From an uncultured Candidatus Saccharibacteria bacterium (GTDB lineage: Bacteria; Patescibacteriota; Minisyncoccia; Minisyncoccales; GWA2-38-27), in the NCBI GenBank assembly GCA_964394985.1, contig CAYMZK010000001.1, forward strand, positions 63,957-127,956: a DNA stretch of 64,000 nucleotides, given 5' to 3'. Each line of letters begins with the position of its first letter. Positions within the stretch are counted from its first letter, which is position 1. A program made the translations under genes and the position numbers. Below, piece by piece: positions 8,923-19,742 of this stretch. The notes under the pieces were generated by a model. It was not told the origin of the DNA, ran no database searches, and worked only from the letters and a program-made list of their open reading frames with translations.

Positions 8923-11900
8923 TTATTCTTGTGGCAAAGGATTTAGACAACCATGACCATCTCTATACAAATTACACCTAGCATTATCGCTAAAGATTAA
9001 ATCATTTAAAGTTGGCTCTTTTTCTCCTGTAATGCTAATTCCGGTTCCTCCATATCTATCTATGCACTTTACTGTTCCAGAAACCGTCACTTTATCTAAA
9101 AGAGATCCTGAATTCCTTAAGACTATTCCATTATATAAACTATCTTTAACAATTGAGCTTGTTAAGGATATATCAGAATTATTAATATCTAAAGCAATCA
9201 TATCAGGAGAACAGGGTGTACCATAACCTCCTCCGGCATATTCAATAATAACATTATTTAATTCTGAATCTTTGCTTGAGGGACTAAAGGTTATTCCACC
9301 CCAACTACCAGGGTGCGGATCTTCAGTTAAGGCGGTAAATTTAACATTGTCTGCTTTTAATGTTCCATCTACATTAACATTAGAATATTTATCTAATCCC
9401 TTGACCACGCTACCAGAGCTTATCTCTAAAAAACCATTTCCAATGACACCTAGATGCCCTCTTAAAATATATGGTAATCCTTGTTGCCAAATAGTCTCTT
9501 GGCTTATTTTCCCAAAAGTAATAACTCCATTAGTTTCATTATTTTCTGCCGTATTATCTTTTTGATTAAAAGAAGAGTTTTTTAGAACAACGGGCGATTT
9601 ATTTTCAGAGAAAACATTATTCTCTATTTTGTTTAAAACATTATCAACAATACTAATTCCTTTATCGTTTTCAATAAAAGAAGAATTGGTAACTTCAAGA
9701 TTGCCACCGATGACAGCTATGGCCGATCCTCCGTAAGTGTCCATGCAGGCTTTGGTGTTTTTAAACTCGGTATTTTCAACTATTAAAGAAGATTCTATAG
9801 ATCGTATTCCATCGTAGTTAATATCTTGGATAACGGAATCTTTAATAACTAAGAAAGAATTATCTATTTCAATAGCAGCCATTTGCGGAGAGCATGGCGT
9901 TCCATATCCCCCGCCAGCGTATTCAATAATAACATTATTTAATTCTGAATCTTTGCTAGTTGGACCAAACTTTAATTTTCCCCAAGCTCCTCGATACGGC
10001 TCTAACCTGTTCGTAGTGAACTTAACTCCAGTTGCCCTTAGAGTTCCTTCAATATTAATCTCGCTATATTTATCGGTGAAATTTAAAGTAACTTCTGGCT
10101 TTATCTCTAAAAGCTTGTCTTCAAGAACATTAATTTTATTTACTGTATATTTGCCGGATTGAGGGTAGATGGTAATTTCATCAAAAAAATCGTAGAGAAG
10201 ACTTCCGATATTAGTTTCTTGGACAACACTATTTTCAGATCCAGGAGTCCCCCAAATAAAGTTATTGTCTGCGTCTCTACCCTTCTTGATAAACAAATTA
10301 TTGTTTCTCCAAACATCTATGTCTTTTTCCATTGAAATCCTTTTATCTTTATCTCCGGCCGGCCATCCAGCAGAAGCATCTATTTTATCTATTACATTAC
10401 CATAATTATCTTTTAACTCTAAAACACCGCCGTCATCATTTAAAGCTCCGGTAAACAAATAATCAGCGGTTACCTCCGATACCGACTGATCGTCCGTTCT
10501 TTCTAAAAGAAAGTGTGACAAACCATCAATCATCGGAGTAGTTGAATTTATTATAGCAAAGGTGTTAATTTTAGGATCGCCTTCGTTAGGAATAAAAACT
10601 AACTGCCAGTCAGTAAGATCTACTGGACTTTCTTCTTGATTGTATAGTTCAATCCATTCATCATTATATGAGGCATTAGTGCCCATCCAAGCAATTTCAT
10701 TGAATGAAATACTAGGGACAATATAGTCTTCGGGTTGATTTGTTTCGGGCTCGGGCTCGGGCTCGAGCTCTGGTTCAGGTTCCGGTTCTGGTTCAGGTTC
10801 CGGTTCAGGTTCGGGTTCCGGTTCAGGTTCGGGCTCCGGTTCAGGTTCCGGCTCCGGTTCCGGTTCAGGCCAAAAAGCAATATCTCTTAAAATACAATGA
10901 TCATCAAAAAGATAAAGAGTTTCTTTATCATTGTTTAGAGCGCCAGTGTATATAAGGTCAGCTGGCTCATCTGGAATTGAAGAATCGTCAGTTCTTTCCA
11001 TTAAAAACATTTTGTCTATCTTTCCATTTAAAATAACTTGGATTTGTTCAGCTTCGTCTAATATCTGCCAACCAGTAATGTCTAATTCCTCATTAGCTTT
11101 ATTTTTAATTCTAATCCATTCATCGTTAGAAGAATTAGCGGTTCCGTTCCACCCTATTTCATCAAAAACCACATCACTTTCTTCAGGAGTCTTTGAACCC
11201 GTTAGGGGGCAATAAGAAGGAAGAGCAGGCCCGCCTGATCGTCTAATATTTTTAACAACGATCTCTTTTTCTTCAGGCTCGGTTTCTTCTTCGGGCTCGG
11301 TTTCTTCTTCGGGCTCGGTTTCTTCCTCGGGCTCGGTTTCTTCTTCGGGCTCGGTTTCTTCTTCGGGCTCTTCTAACTCTTCTGGCTCTTCTTCAGTTTT
11401 TTTATCCGCTTCATTAGAGGTTTGAGCAAGAGCAGACGCCTTTAAAATATCTATAATTTCTTCAATATTGTCTAATGTGTCTTGAATTTTATTTAAATCT
11501 ACTTCTTGATCTTGTTTTTGAGGTTTTTGGGGTTTTTGAGGCTTATCAGGTAAAGGATTTTCCTCTTTTTCATCTTTTTCTTCTAAAATAATACTAGCGG
11601 GTTCTAAAATATTAACATCTTTTCTTTTGCTTACGGTTTCTGATAATGAAGCTTCAAGGGGATTTATTTTAGAAATAGTACTTTTAAGACCATCCCAAAG
11701 AATTTTAGCTCCACTTAAAAACTTATTATATGTCTTTTTGGCGTAATTGGTAACTTTATTTAAGGAAGATTCTATTTTATCTGAAAAAGTGGGCTCTTTA
11801 AACTCAAAACTAGGAACTGTCCTATCAAAATGAATATCTATTTCCGGCCCCTTAGTCCAAGTATACACATGGTCACCTTTATACACCTCCCCCTTTATCT

Positions 11901-12549
11901 CAACAATAAAAGGAGGTAACTCATCAATACCTCCTTCCCATTGCATGTCCATTCTCATTTCTGGTGATTTTATACTTCTTGAAGAATACACGCCAATTAC
12001 TAATCTGCTTTCTCTTCTATTAATCGGATACTCGACAATTATATAAGGAAAAATGCTATTTTCCCACCCACCACTTAAGGCGGGAAATGCAAGCTTTAAA
12101 TTCCCTTTACCGATCTTCATTTTTTCTTGATATAACCAATCTAAAACATGTTCTTTAGCCATATCCACCGAAACGTCCTCGATTTCTTTTATAATTAATC
12201 TTGGATCGGGGTTTATCAACAAATATATCAACTCCAGAGAAGATTTAACAGCTTTTCCACCTAGATCAGAAAGAATATATTCCAAAAAATTAATTTTGAA
12301 ACTTTTACTAAGAATAACTAAAACGGCTTGTTCTTTAACGTTCAAATTGAAAGATGTTGTTTTGTTAATTATGCTGTTTGTTATTTCTTGCGGCAATGAA
12401 CCCAAAATAAACTCCGAATCCTTCTTTTTAATTTCTATTAATTCTTGGTTTTTAACTAATTTTTCAATATCAATTTCAGCAAAAACATTAAAAGGCAAAA
12501 ATAAAACTACCGTTATTAAAATTAAAATAAATTTTTTAATAAAATTCAT
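8923..12549 (-). CDS. Secreted protein with two lamin-tail domains and a right-handed beta-helix
   Basis: [17 protein letters not shown] and [22 protein letters not shown] motifs; duplicated [24 protein letters not shown] repeat. Confidence 0.75.
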   Translation of the reverse strand: MNFIKKFILILITVVLFLPFNVFAEIDIEKLVKNQELIEIKKKDSEFILGSLPQEITNSIINKTTSFNLNVKEQAVLVILSKSFKINFLEYILSDLGGKAVKSSLELIYLLINPDPRLIIKEIEDVSVDMAKEHVLDWLYQEKMKIGKGNLKLAFPALSGGWENSIFPYIIVEYPINRRESRLVIGVYSSRSIKSPEMRMDMQWEGGIDELPPFIVEIKGEVYKGDHVYTWTKGPEIDIHFDRTVPSFEFKEPTFSDKIESSLNKVTNYAKKTYNKFLSGAKILWDGLKSTISKINPLEASLSETVSKRKDVNILEPASIILEEKDEKEENPLPDKPQKPQKPQKQDQEVDLNKIQDTLDNIEEIIDILKASALAQTSNEADKKTEEEPEELEEPEEETEPEEETEPEEETEPEEETEPEEETEPEEKEIVVKNIRRSGGPALPSYCPLTGSKTPEESDVVFDEIGWNGTANSSNDEWIRIKNKANEELDITGWQILDEAEQIQVILNGKIDKMFLMERTDDSSIPDEPADLIYTGALNNDKETLYLFDDHCILRDIAFWPEPEPEPEPEPEPEPEPEPEPEPEPEPEPEPEPELEPEPEPETNQPEDYIVPSISFNEIAWMGTNASYNDEWIELYNQEESPVDLTDWQLVFIPNEGDPKINTFAIINSTTPMIDGLSHFLLERTDDQSVSEVTADYLFTGALNDDGGVLELKDNYGNVIDKIDASAGWPAGDKDKRISMEKDIDVWRNNNLFIKKGRDADNNFIWGTPGSENSVVQETNIGSLLYDFFDEITIYPQSGKYTVNKINVLEDKLLEIKPEVTLNFTDKYSEINIEGTLRATGVKFTTNRLEPYRGAWGKLKFGPTSKDSELNNVIIEYAGGGYGTPCSPQMAAIEIDNSFLVIKDSVIQDINYDGIRSIESSLIVENTEFKNTKACMDTYGGSAIAVIGGNLEVTNSSFIENDKGISIVDNVLNKIENNVFSENKSPVVLKNSSFNQKDNTAENNETNGVITFGKISQETIWQQGLPYILRGHLGVIGNGFLEISSGSVVKGLDKYSNVNVDGTLKADNVKFTALTEDPHPGSWGGITFSPSSKDSELNNVIIEYAGGGYGTPCSPDMIALDINNSDISLTSSIVKDSLYNGIVLRNSGSLLDKVTVSGTVKCIDRYGGTGISITGEKEPTLNDLIFSDNARCNLYRDGHGCLNPLPQE
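10745..10868 (-). repeat. (PE)n coding microsatellite
   Basis: About 20 copies of 6-bp ggttc/ggctc units. Confidence 0.9.
11271..11392 (-). repeat. 18-bp tandem repeat encoding EPEEET
   Basis: ttcttcttcgggctcggt repeated about 5 times. Confidence 0.9.
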
Positions 12550-13157
12550 TTACCTATCTTTATTGAATTTAAAATAGCTTCAAATTGATTTCTACAATCA
12601 TCTTTGTCTTCTCCAAATAAATAATTTTCTATAATAAAAGCGCTGTTGTTTTTAGAAATTTGTACCCTAATATGTTCTCCAGAAACGTTATCATTATCTA
12701 CAAGAGAAATATGTTTTATTGCATCTTCATTATTAATTTTTATAATTTCGTAATCACATTTTTCAGGTAAATTTTCACACATCTCTATTACTCCTTTTAT
12801 ATATTGAGATGTACTATATGCATCTTCTGATTCTTCTATGGAAAAATTTAAAATACACCCTCTTTTGGGTAATGGCAAAATAGACCCACTTTCTTTATTA
12901 ATCTCAAAGTCTGGACTATCGCAATAAACGCTATTTCCTCCGTCCACAACTTCCCAGTCAGCTGGAATCGTAACCTCAAAACCAGTTTCGGGATGAGAAA
13001 TTAATTTTCCTTCTGATGTTTCTTTTACTTCAAACTCTTCAAACTTAACCATACCTGTTTCTATTTCTGGAGTCTCTCCCCAGGTTTTCCAAATAAAAAC
13101 GCCTAAAACGGCGAGCAATATAATTAGTATAACCCAAAAAACAATCTTTTTCACCAT
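12546..13157 (-). CDS. Hypothetical membrane-anchored (PsbP-like) protein
   Basis: N-terminal TM helix; [10 protein letters not shown] motif; ends [10 protein letters not shown]. Confidence 0.55.
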   Translation of the reverse strand: MVKKIVFWVILIILLAVLGVFIWKTWGETPEIETGMVKFEEFEVKETSEGKLISHPETGFEVTIPADWEVVDGGNSVYCDSPDFEINKESGSILPLPKRGCILNFSIEESEDAYSTSQYIKGVIEMCENLPEKCDYEIIKINNEDAIKHISLVDNDNVSGEHIRVQISKNNSAFIIENYLFGEDKDDCRNQFEAILNSIKIGK

Positions 13158-13242
13158 AATTTATTTTTTGAGCGAAGCATGGCTTCACCCAAGATTATTA
13201 GTTTATTATGTTATTATACATATTTTTAAAAAACTTAACAAT

Positions 13243-13525
13243 AAAAAGTCCGGTAATTTATTTACCGGACATTGTTTTTTGGGCGCACTTTAAGTAACAT
13301 GGAGGCCTCACCCATGGAAAAGTGAGAGGAATTAAAGGAAGGAGTTGCTCAAGTGCGCCGTTAGACTCCCGATTAACGATCTCGGTCAGAGTGTAAATCA
13401 GGAAGTCGAGGCAAAGTATAAAAAGAACAAATAATGAATAGGGGCCTTTTACTATTTTCTAAAAAGGGTTCTAAGGGTTTTTGCATCGGTGTTTTCTAGT
13501 TTTTTCAAAAGACCCCTATTCTTTA
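13243..13525 (-). ncRNA. Candidate structured non-coding RNA
   Basis: TTGACA-17-TATACT promoter (13531..13559, minus strand), three GC-rich stems, terminator gtccggtaa/ttaccggac plus U-run; no ORF longer than 37 aa. Confidence 0.45.
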
Positions 13526-13574
13526 ATTTTAGTATAGTCCTATTTCAAAAATCTGTCAATACCCTGCTGACTAG

Positions 13575-15458
13575 TTAACGGCTAAAATAATAATTAAGAA
13601 TTTCATAAGCAGTCGGCAAGGCAGCTGCTTGAAGATCTTTTACATTTTCTATCATTACAACCAAAACTATCTCTGGGTCCTCATAAGGAGCAAAAACTCC
13701 CACCCAGTTATGATAAGAATTATCTATAGGTGTTTCAGCAGTTCCTGTTTTAGCAGCAGCCGAAACTGGCAAAGAGTTTAAAATTGTAGAAGAAGCATGA
13801 GGGCTATTTTGACCAGTAACCCCCCACCTCATTCCTTCTCTAACTATCGCTAAGTTATCTGAATCAATAAAATTGCTCTTTATTACCTCTGACTTAATCT
13901 CTTTAACTAAATTCTTATTTGAATCTATAACCTCTTTAACTATTCTAGGACTGTACAAAGTCCCTCCATTAGCAATGGCTGAATAAGCGGTAGCTAGCTG
14001 AAGAGGAGTTACCCCAATATCTCCTTGACCAATGGATAGGTTATAGGTGTCTCCATCAAACCAAGACTCCCCTTTCTTTTCTTTCTTCCATTCTGGATAA
14101 GGAATAAACCCCTCTGATTCTCCAAGCAAATCAATTCCTGTTTTTGCTCCCCAACCGAAAAGCTCAGTATACTTTTTAAGCCTTGATGGTCCCAATCCTT
14201 CTTGATCCTTATACCCTCCACCAATAGTATAGAAATAGACATTACAAGATTCAGCAATGGCTTTTCTTAAATCTGTCATTCCATGAACTGCCCAATCTTT
14301 AAAATAATAGGTAATATCTGGGTCATACTTGTGAGGAATGCTTATTTGACCACTACAATTTAAATATTTTTTGTAAGAAATAATATCTTCCTCCAGGGCC
14401 CCCAGAGCAACAATCGGCTTAATTGTCGAACCAGTTGGATAAACTCCGGAGATTACTCGATTAAAAAGAGGATTTTGATCATTTTTGAGCAATCTGTCTA
14501 GTTCTTCTTGATTTGATCCTTTATTAAAAAGATTATTATCATAGCTCGGAATATTAGCAAGAGCCATAACTCCTCCCGTTTTAGGATTTAAAGCAATAGC
14601 CACTGCTTTTTTAGACCCGGTTCTTTCTAGAGTTTTTCTAAGAGCTTCGTAGGATTTCTCTTGCAGCTCTGAATCCAACCATAAAACTAAATTATCTCCA
14701 ACTTCAGGATAAGACACTATTTCTTTAGACAAAACATTACCATAAACATCTCTTTCTATCTTAACTTTACCAGAATCTTTTCTTAAAACATCCTCATAAA
14801 CTTTTTCGATGCCATCAATTCCAACAATCTCTTGACCTTCACCTCTTCCGGTATAACCAATAATATGTGAATAATTAGAGCCATCTTTATAGTCACGAAC
14901 AGAGCTATAATTTAAATAAAAACCAGGAAGATCATTTATTCTTGATTCTAGCATTATTAGAGCTTCGTGATCTAGATTTTCTGAAATTAAAAATATCCTT
15001 TCTCCTGTATTTATTTTTTCATTTAATTGATTATAATCAGTTTTCAATAACTCAGACAGCTCTTTTAAAATATTTTCGTTGTCTTTCGGCAATTCTTTTT
15101 TATCTAAAATCAAATCAAAACTCGGCTTATTATAAACTAACTGCTTTCCATTAATATCATAAATCACTCCTCTGTCGGCTTTGATTGATTGAATTACAAA
15201 CTTATTTTTAGTAGATAAAGTATTATATTTATCTTTCTCAATAACATTGTAATAAAAAGTGATGCTAAAAAGAATCAAAAAAACCAAAAAGATAAAAAAA
15301 GCAAAGCCTTTTATTAGGGCATAAGAGAGAGGAACTTCAAATTTCTTTTCAGAAAGACCAAACTCTTCTTCTTTCTTGCGAGCCAGATTGTCTAAAAAAA
15401 CTTCTTGAGGTTCAATATCTTTAATTTTTCTAAATATTTTTAAAGGGGATTTGAACAT
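13575..15458 (-). CDS. mrdA: Penicillin-binding protein 2
   Basis: RGVIYD dimerisation domain; STIK, SCN and KTG transpeptidase motifs; follows mreC/mreD. Confidence 0.92.
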   Translation of the reverse strand: MFKSPLKIFRKIKDIEPQEVFLDNLARKKEEEFGLSEKKFEVPLSYALIKGFAFFIFLVFLILFSITFYYNVIEKDKYNTLSTKNKFVIQSIKADRGVIYDINGKQLVYNKPSFDLILDKKELPKDNENILKELSELLKTDYNQLNEKINTGERIFLISENLDHEALIMLESRINDLPGFYLNYSSVRDYKDGSNYSHIIGYTGRGEGQEIVGIDGIEKVYEDVLRKDSGKVKIERDVYGNVLSKEIVSYPEVGDNLVLWLDSELQEKSYEALRKTLERTGSKKAVAIALNPKTGGVMALANIPSYDNNLFNKGSNQEELDRLLKNDQNPLFNRVISGVYPTGSTIKPIVALGALEEDIISYKKYLNCSGQISIPHKYDPDITYYFKDWAVHGMTDLRKAIAESCNVYFYTIGGGYKDQEGLGPSRLKKYTELFGWGAKTGIDLLGESEGFIPYPEWKKEKKGESWFDGDTYNLSIGQGDIGVTPLQLATAYSAIANGGTLYSPRIVKEVIDSNKNLVKEIKSEVIKSNFIDSDNLAIVREGMRWGVTGQNSPHASSTILNSLPVSAAAKTGTAETPIDNSYHNWVGVFAPYEDPEIVLVVMIENVKDLQAAALPTAYEILNYYFSR

Positions 15459-15735
15459 ATTTATTAGTAAGCATTTTAAGAATCAGAGCAATGAGTGATA
15501 AAATTAAAACATTTAAGCCGATTATCCCGCCAGAAAAAATATCTAAAAACAATCCAGCAAAAAAGGATACATAAAACCCATCATTTCTTTTTGGTTTTTC
15601 AAAGAAATTAAGAAGAATAATAAAAAGATAAATTAAATTTGGCGTCATTCCCCAAACAGGGAAATGAATCAAAAAACTAACCTGAAACAAAGCTAAAAAA
15701 TAAACACATAAGATAAGTAGTATTTTTCTAGTCAT
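15430..15735 (-). CDS. mreD: Rod shape-determining protein MreD (short)
   Basis: Hydrophobic; PNL and GLFLDIFS motifs; lies between mreC and mrdA. Confidence 0.8.
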   Translation of the reverse strand: MTRKILLILCVYFLALFQVSFLIHFPVWGMTPNLIYLFIILLNFFEKPKRNDGFYVSFFAGLFLDIFSGGIIGLNVLILSLIALILKMLTNKYVQIPFKNI

Positions 15736-16528
15736 TAAAATCTGTAATTATTAATAATCTTTCTGATTTCAAATAATCAAAAGCAATTTTAACATCAGCC
15801 TGCTTAAAAGTGCTAGCATCATTTTCTCTTACTCTTTCCACCCAACCAACCAATAATCCTCCCGGAAAAAGTCCGCTCTTGGAGCTGGTTCCAACCAAAT
15901 CGCCCCTTTTAACCTCTTTTTCTTTCGGAATTAAGTCAATTAAAAGAGATTTTTCAGTTCCTTTAGCCACTCCCAAAATTAAATCCTGTTCTGTTAATTC
16001 ATTATCTTCTTTTAAGATTTTAGCATCAAAAGAACTATCTTTATTGGTGATAAGCATTACTTTAGAAAAATTACCATAACTTTCAATGATTCGGCCAACT
16101 AAAACTTCTTCTTCAGTAATAACTGGCATATCCTTTAAGATGCCGTCTTCTGTCCCCTTGTTAATTAAAAGGATCTGATCTTCTTTGCCGGTTATTTTAG
16201 CAAAGCTAAAACTGTACTTTTTATCTAGTCCCGCGCTTATAGCTTCTCTTAAAAAGCTATTTTCTTCTTCAATCTCTTGAAAAGACAAGATTTGAGAAAA
16301 TAATTCTTGATTTTTAAGTTCCAGATAATCATTTCTTTCTTTTAAAGATCCGGAGGCTAGTATTCCCCAAAAGAAATTAGAAGTACTTTTTCCAGCTTTC
16401 CAAAAAGTCTCTTGAATTGGTGACGAAAAATTATAAAAAAACCCTCTCGCTTCGCTTTGAAAAACATTTAATAATAAAAAAATAACAATTAAAGCTATCC
16501 AAATTAAAATTTTCTTTTTATTTCTCAT
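15728..16528 (-). CDS. mreC: Rod shape-determining protein MreC
   Basis: EENSFLRE coiled coil, INKGTEDGI, LVGRI, GLFPGGLLVG motifs. Confidence 0.9.
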   Translation of the reverse strand: MRNKKKILIWIALIVIFLLLNVFQSEARGFFYNFSSPIQETFWKAGKSTSNFFWGILASGSLKERNDYLELKNQELFSQILSFQEIEEENSFLREAISAGLDKKYSFSFAKITGKEDQILLINKGTEDGILKDMPVITEEEVLVGRIIESYGNFSKVMLITNKDSSFDAKILKEDNELTEQDLILGVAKGTEKSLLIDLIPKEKEVKRGDLVGTSSKSGLFPGGLLVGWVERVRENDASTFKQADVKIAFDYLKSERLLIITDFND

Positions 16529-16601
16529 TATCTTTTATTCTATCTTAAATTAATCAAAAATTAAAGCCTGCTTTTAGGCAGACTTAAATTTATCCTGAAC
16601 A

Positions 16602-16713
16602 TTGTAAGGGAGCGATCTACTTTCGCGCAAAGCACTATCATCGACCTTAAGAGATTTCACTTCCGTGTTCGGAATGGGAACGGGTGGAGCACTCTCAGTA
16701 TTACCCCCTTACA
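16602..16713 (-). rRNA. rrf: 5S rRNA
   Basis: Conserved ttccgtgttcggaatgggaacggg (reverse complement of 5S); terminal helix gtaaggg/cccttac. Confidence 0.9.
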
Positions 16714-16868
16714 ATATCCACGATAAAAAGAATTACAATTACAATTATTAATTATTAGCCAACAAGTATGACATATTAGTACCACTCGGCTTAACTTGTT
16801 ACCAAGCTTATACCTGTGGCCTATCGCCTCGTAGTCTTCGAGGTGTCTATGAATCTTAATCTTGTGGG

Positions 16869-16902
<34 letters not shown>

Positions 16903-16981
16903 CGTCCCGACTTAGCTACCCAGCAGTGCTCCTGGCGGAACAACTGGTACACCAGAGGTCAGTTCAGTCCAGTCCTCTCGT

Positions 16982-17781
16982 CAAGTTTCTCTTGTATTTC
17001 TACAAGCTTAGACTATATCTTCTTCCATATTTTGGAAGCCGACGTATTATAATGGGTCTACCACTATCTTCTGTTATATATAACAGAAAGTCGTTACGGG
17101 GACTAATAAGTTTATATCTCTACAATTTTTTTAAGATCAGATTCTAATTTTTCTAATCTTTTTAATCCTGATTGATAGCTTTCTTTCCTAGCTTTAAAAA
17201 TTGCAGATGCAATTTTTTTCCGATCCTTTTTATTAAGATCAAAAAGGCTTTTACTAGATTCTAAAATTTTAAGAATCTTTAAAACATACTTAACTTGTTT
17301 TTTCTTAAATTTCAGATAAGGACTCATTGCTTCCAGGATTTTTCTTGTTTGTTGATATCCATTAATTCTTAATTCAGTCATCCCATCGTTACGATGAGAA
17401 ATATATCCAATTCCAAGCCTTCTTTTTATCCAAAAAAGTGGCTTTTCATGTCGAGTATCTTGATAAAAGCATATAGTAAACATTAATCTAAAAGGCCTTG
17501 AATTGTTTTTAACCTTTTTTATCTGAACCATAATACTTCCATCACCATCAAGAAATCCTGAAATATAAGCTAAATCAGTCTTTGCAATTTTAGAGATATT
17601 AATTTCTTTTATTAATCTTCCCACGATATTGCCTTAATATTTTATTGTCCTCAAGTATATTGTACCATTTGAATCTTAGGACTGTAAAGATTAATGGTCA
17701 CTGCAACAATAAAACAATGAAGGTTTCATCGTTATTAGTCGGTTTGTCATCATAGATTGCTCTATGAAGTAGCAATTTCTT
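16982..17781 (-). mobile_element. Group I intron after U2656 (sarcin-ricin loop), with homing endonuclease
   Basis: Exon CUUAGU|ACGAGAGGAC is split; intron ends in G; AAGATATAGTC P7 element; internal LAGLIDADG ORF. Confidence 0.9.
17112..17624 (-). CDS. LAGLIDADG homing endonuclease (single motif)
   Basis: LAYISGFLDGDGSI motif; PYLKFKKKQ. Confidence 0.9.
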   Translation of the reverse strand: MGRLIKEINISKIAKTDLAYISGFLDGDGSIMVQIKKVKNNSRPFRLMFTICFYQDTRHEKPLFWIKRRLGIGYISHRNDGMTELRINGYQQTRKILEAMSPYLKFKKKQVKYVLKILKILESSKSLFDLNKKDRKKIASAIFKARKESYQSGLKRLEKLESDLKKIVEI

Positions 17782-17852
17782 ACTAAGACCAACTCCACTC
17801 AAGATTCGACGCCTGCAGTAGATAGGGACCAACCTGTCTCACGACGGTCTGA

Positions 17853-18102
17853 CATATTAATCTTGTATTACTACAAGTACGGACTATATCTTTCCTTTTT
17901 TACAAGGACTAGCGTATTGTAATAGTTTGTACCTATTACCTCGTTTTAAAAAACTCAGTCTCTACGGGGACAAATTTATATCTCATTGAATCTGGGATAT
18001 AGAAAATTGTCTTCCCACGATATCATCCATTATTTCATTATATCATGAAATAATTAGGACTTCACCGTTATTAGCTAGTTTTATCTGGGCTCATGTTCAC
18101 TT
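17853..18102 (-). mobile_element. ORF-less group I intron after U2584
   Basis: Exon GCUGGGU|UCAGACCG is split; terminal G; AAGATATAGTCC and GTAGAGACT core motifs. Confidence 0.88.
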
Positions 18103-18117
18103 ACCCAGCTCGCGTGA

Positions 18118-18150
<33 letters not shown>

Positions 18151-18186
18151 GCGGTTCCACCCCCAGGATGCGCCGAGCCGACATCG

Positions 18187-18473
18187 CTGTCTTTGTTTTC
18201 TTCTATTTCTAGAAGGATCGGACTATATCTTCACCCAGTTGCAATCAACAACTTAGGGGCTGACGTATTATAGAAGGTTTAAAATCTTCCATCTGCTCTA
18301 TTTAGAGCAAGTCTCTACGGGGTCATTACCCAATGATGAGTAAGACTTCCCACGGTATTACCCATTATTTTATTATACCATAAAATAATTAGGGCTTCAC
18401 CGTTATAAGTCAGTTTTTTCGTCTCATTATTTAATGAGATATGATGTTACTATCATAGCACCCCGATATGTTA
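18187..18473 (-). mobile_element. ORF-less group I intron after U2500
   Basis: Exon GGCACCU|CGAUGUCGG is split; terminal G; P7 motifs. Confidence 0.88.
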
Positions 18474-19014
18474 AGGTGCCGAACAGTGCCGTTGATATGG
18501 ACTCTCGGGCACTACTAGCCTGTTATCCCCGGGGTAACTTTTAGCTGATAATCTTCGAATTTTCTAAAAAAATTCGTCGGTTCACTAAGTTCTAGTTTCC
18601 TAACTGCGCAACAAATACGTTTTGCAGTAAAGCTGGCTTATGGCTTTGTCCGACCATTCCGATTTCCATCCGGAATTAGCCAACCTTTAAGCTTCTCCAT
18701 TACACTTTAGGAGAAAAGTGCCCCACTTAAACTACCCATTAAACACTGTCCTCCGAAAAAATCAGAGTTAGAATTAAGCCTTTAAAAGAGTGGTATTTCA
18801 CTGGCGACTCCGCTCCAACCGAAATCGGAGTTTCAAAGTCTCCCACCTATGCTACGCATCTAAAAACAAAACCCAATATCTAACTATAGTAAAGCTCCCG
18901 GGGTCTTTCCGTCTAGCTGCAGGTAACCGGCATCTTTACCGGTATTGCATTTTCACCGAGCGGTTCTTGGAGACAGTCCTCCAGTCGTGAAGCCTTTCAT
19001 GCGGGCCAGAACTT

Positions 19015-19702
19015 CATGTTAATTCCATTATTTCTAATGGCATAGACTATATCTTCATCTCATTAAAAGAATCAAGAATCTTCTTTTTGTTGTATATTCG
19101 TTTTCCAGAAGAATTCATTACAGATACTAAATCCATAATTTCGATTATCCCTTTTTTAGTTAAATGATCTCCGTTTTTCATCTTTCGGCAAATAATTTCA
19201 AAAGTTTCAAAATCTTTTTGCTTGCTAGATAATAATGGATATCTTTTAAAATGGGGGATAATTTTTGTTAATAGAGCATTAAGATTTCTCGTTTCAAATT
19301 TTAAAGTTTTATCACAAACATTTTTTCTGATAAAGCCACACTTGAAATAATTTTTAATTAATCTTAATACTTCTGCTCTATTTTCATTTTGAGCTACTGA
19401 AAAACCAGCTACAACTTCCCAACGAAGTTTATTCTTATTTCGCGGACGAATAGAGACGCAAAAGCATCCCTCTCCATCTATATATCCGCTAATATATGAT
19501 TCTAAATTCATAATAAGAGTCGGCGTTTTATGATGGTTAATTTACTCCCCACCATCTTAACTAGATAGTTAAAGTCGTTACGGGGTCATTTAAGACTTCC
19601 CACGGTATTACCCATTACTTTATTATACCATAAAATAATTAGGGCTTCACCGTTATAAGCCGAATTCCTACTAGAAATCACTTTCTAGACAGGCAATTTC
19701 TT
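19015..19702 (-). mobile_element. Group I intron after U1951, with homing endonuclease
   Basis: Exon GCCAGGU|AAGUUC is split; terminal G; P7 motif; internal ORF. Confidence 0.88.
19047..19511 (-). CDS. LAGLIDADG homing endonuclease
   Basis: YISGYIDGEGCF; IIPHFKRYPLLSSKQKDF. Confidence 0.9.
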   Translation of the reverse strand: MNLESYISGYIDGEGCFCVSIRPRNKNKLRWEVVAGFSVAQNENRAEVLRLIKNYFKCGFIRKNVCDKTLKFETRNLNALLTKIIPHFKRYPLLSSKQKDFETFEIICRKMKNGDHLTKKGIIEIMDLVSVMNSSGKRIYNKKKILDSFNEMKI

Positions 19703-19742
19703 ACCTGGCAAGAGATTACGCTACCTTTGGACGGTTATAGTT

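Noticed and set aside
10620-10955. ORFs with NLNR or VPVQ repeats
   Set aside because: Alternative frames of the (PE)n microsatellite in the 1208-aa gene
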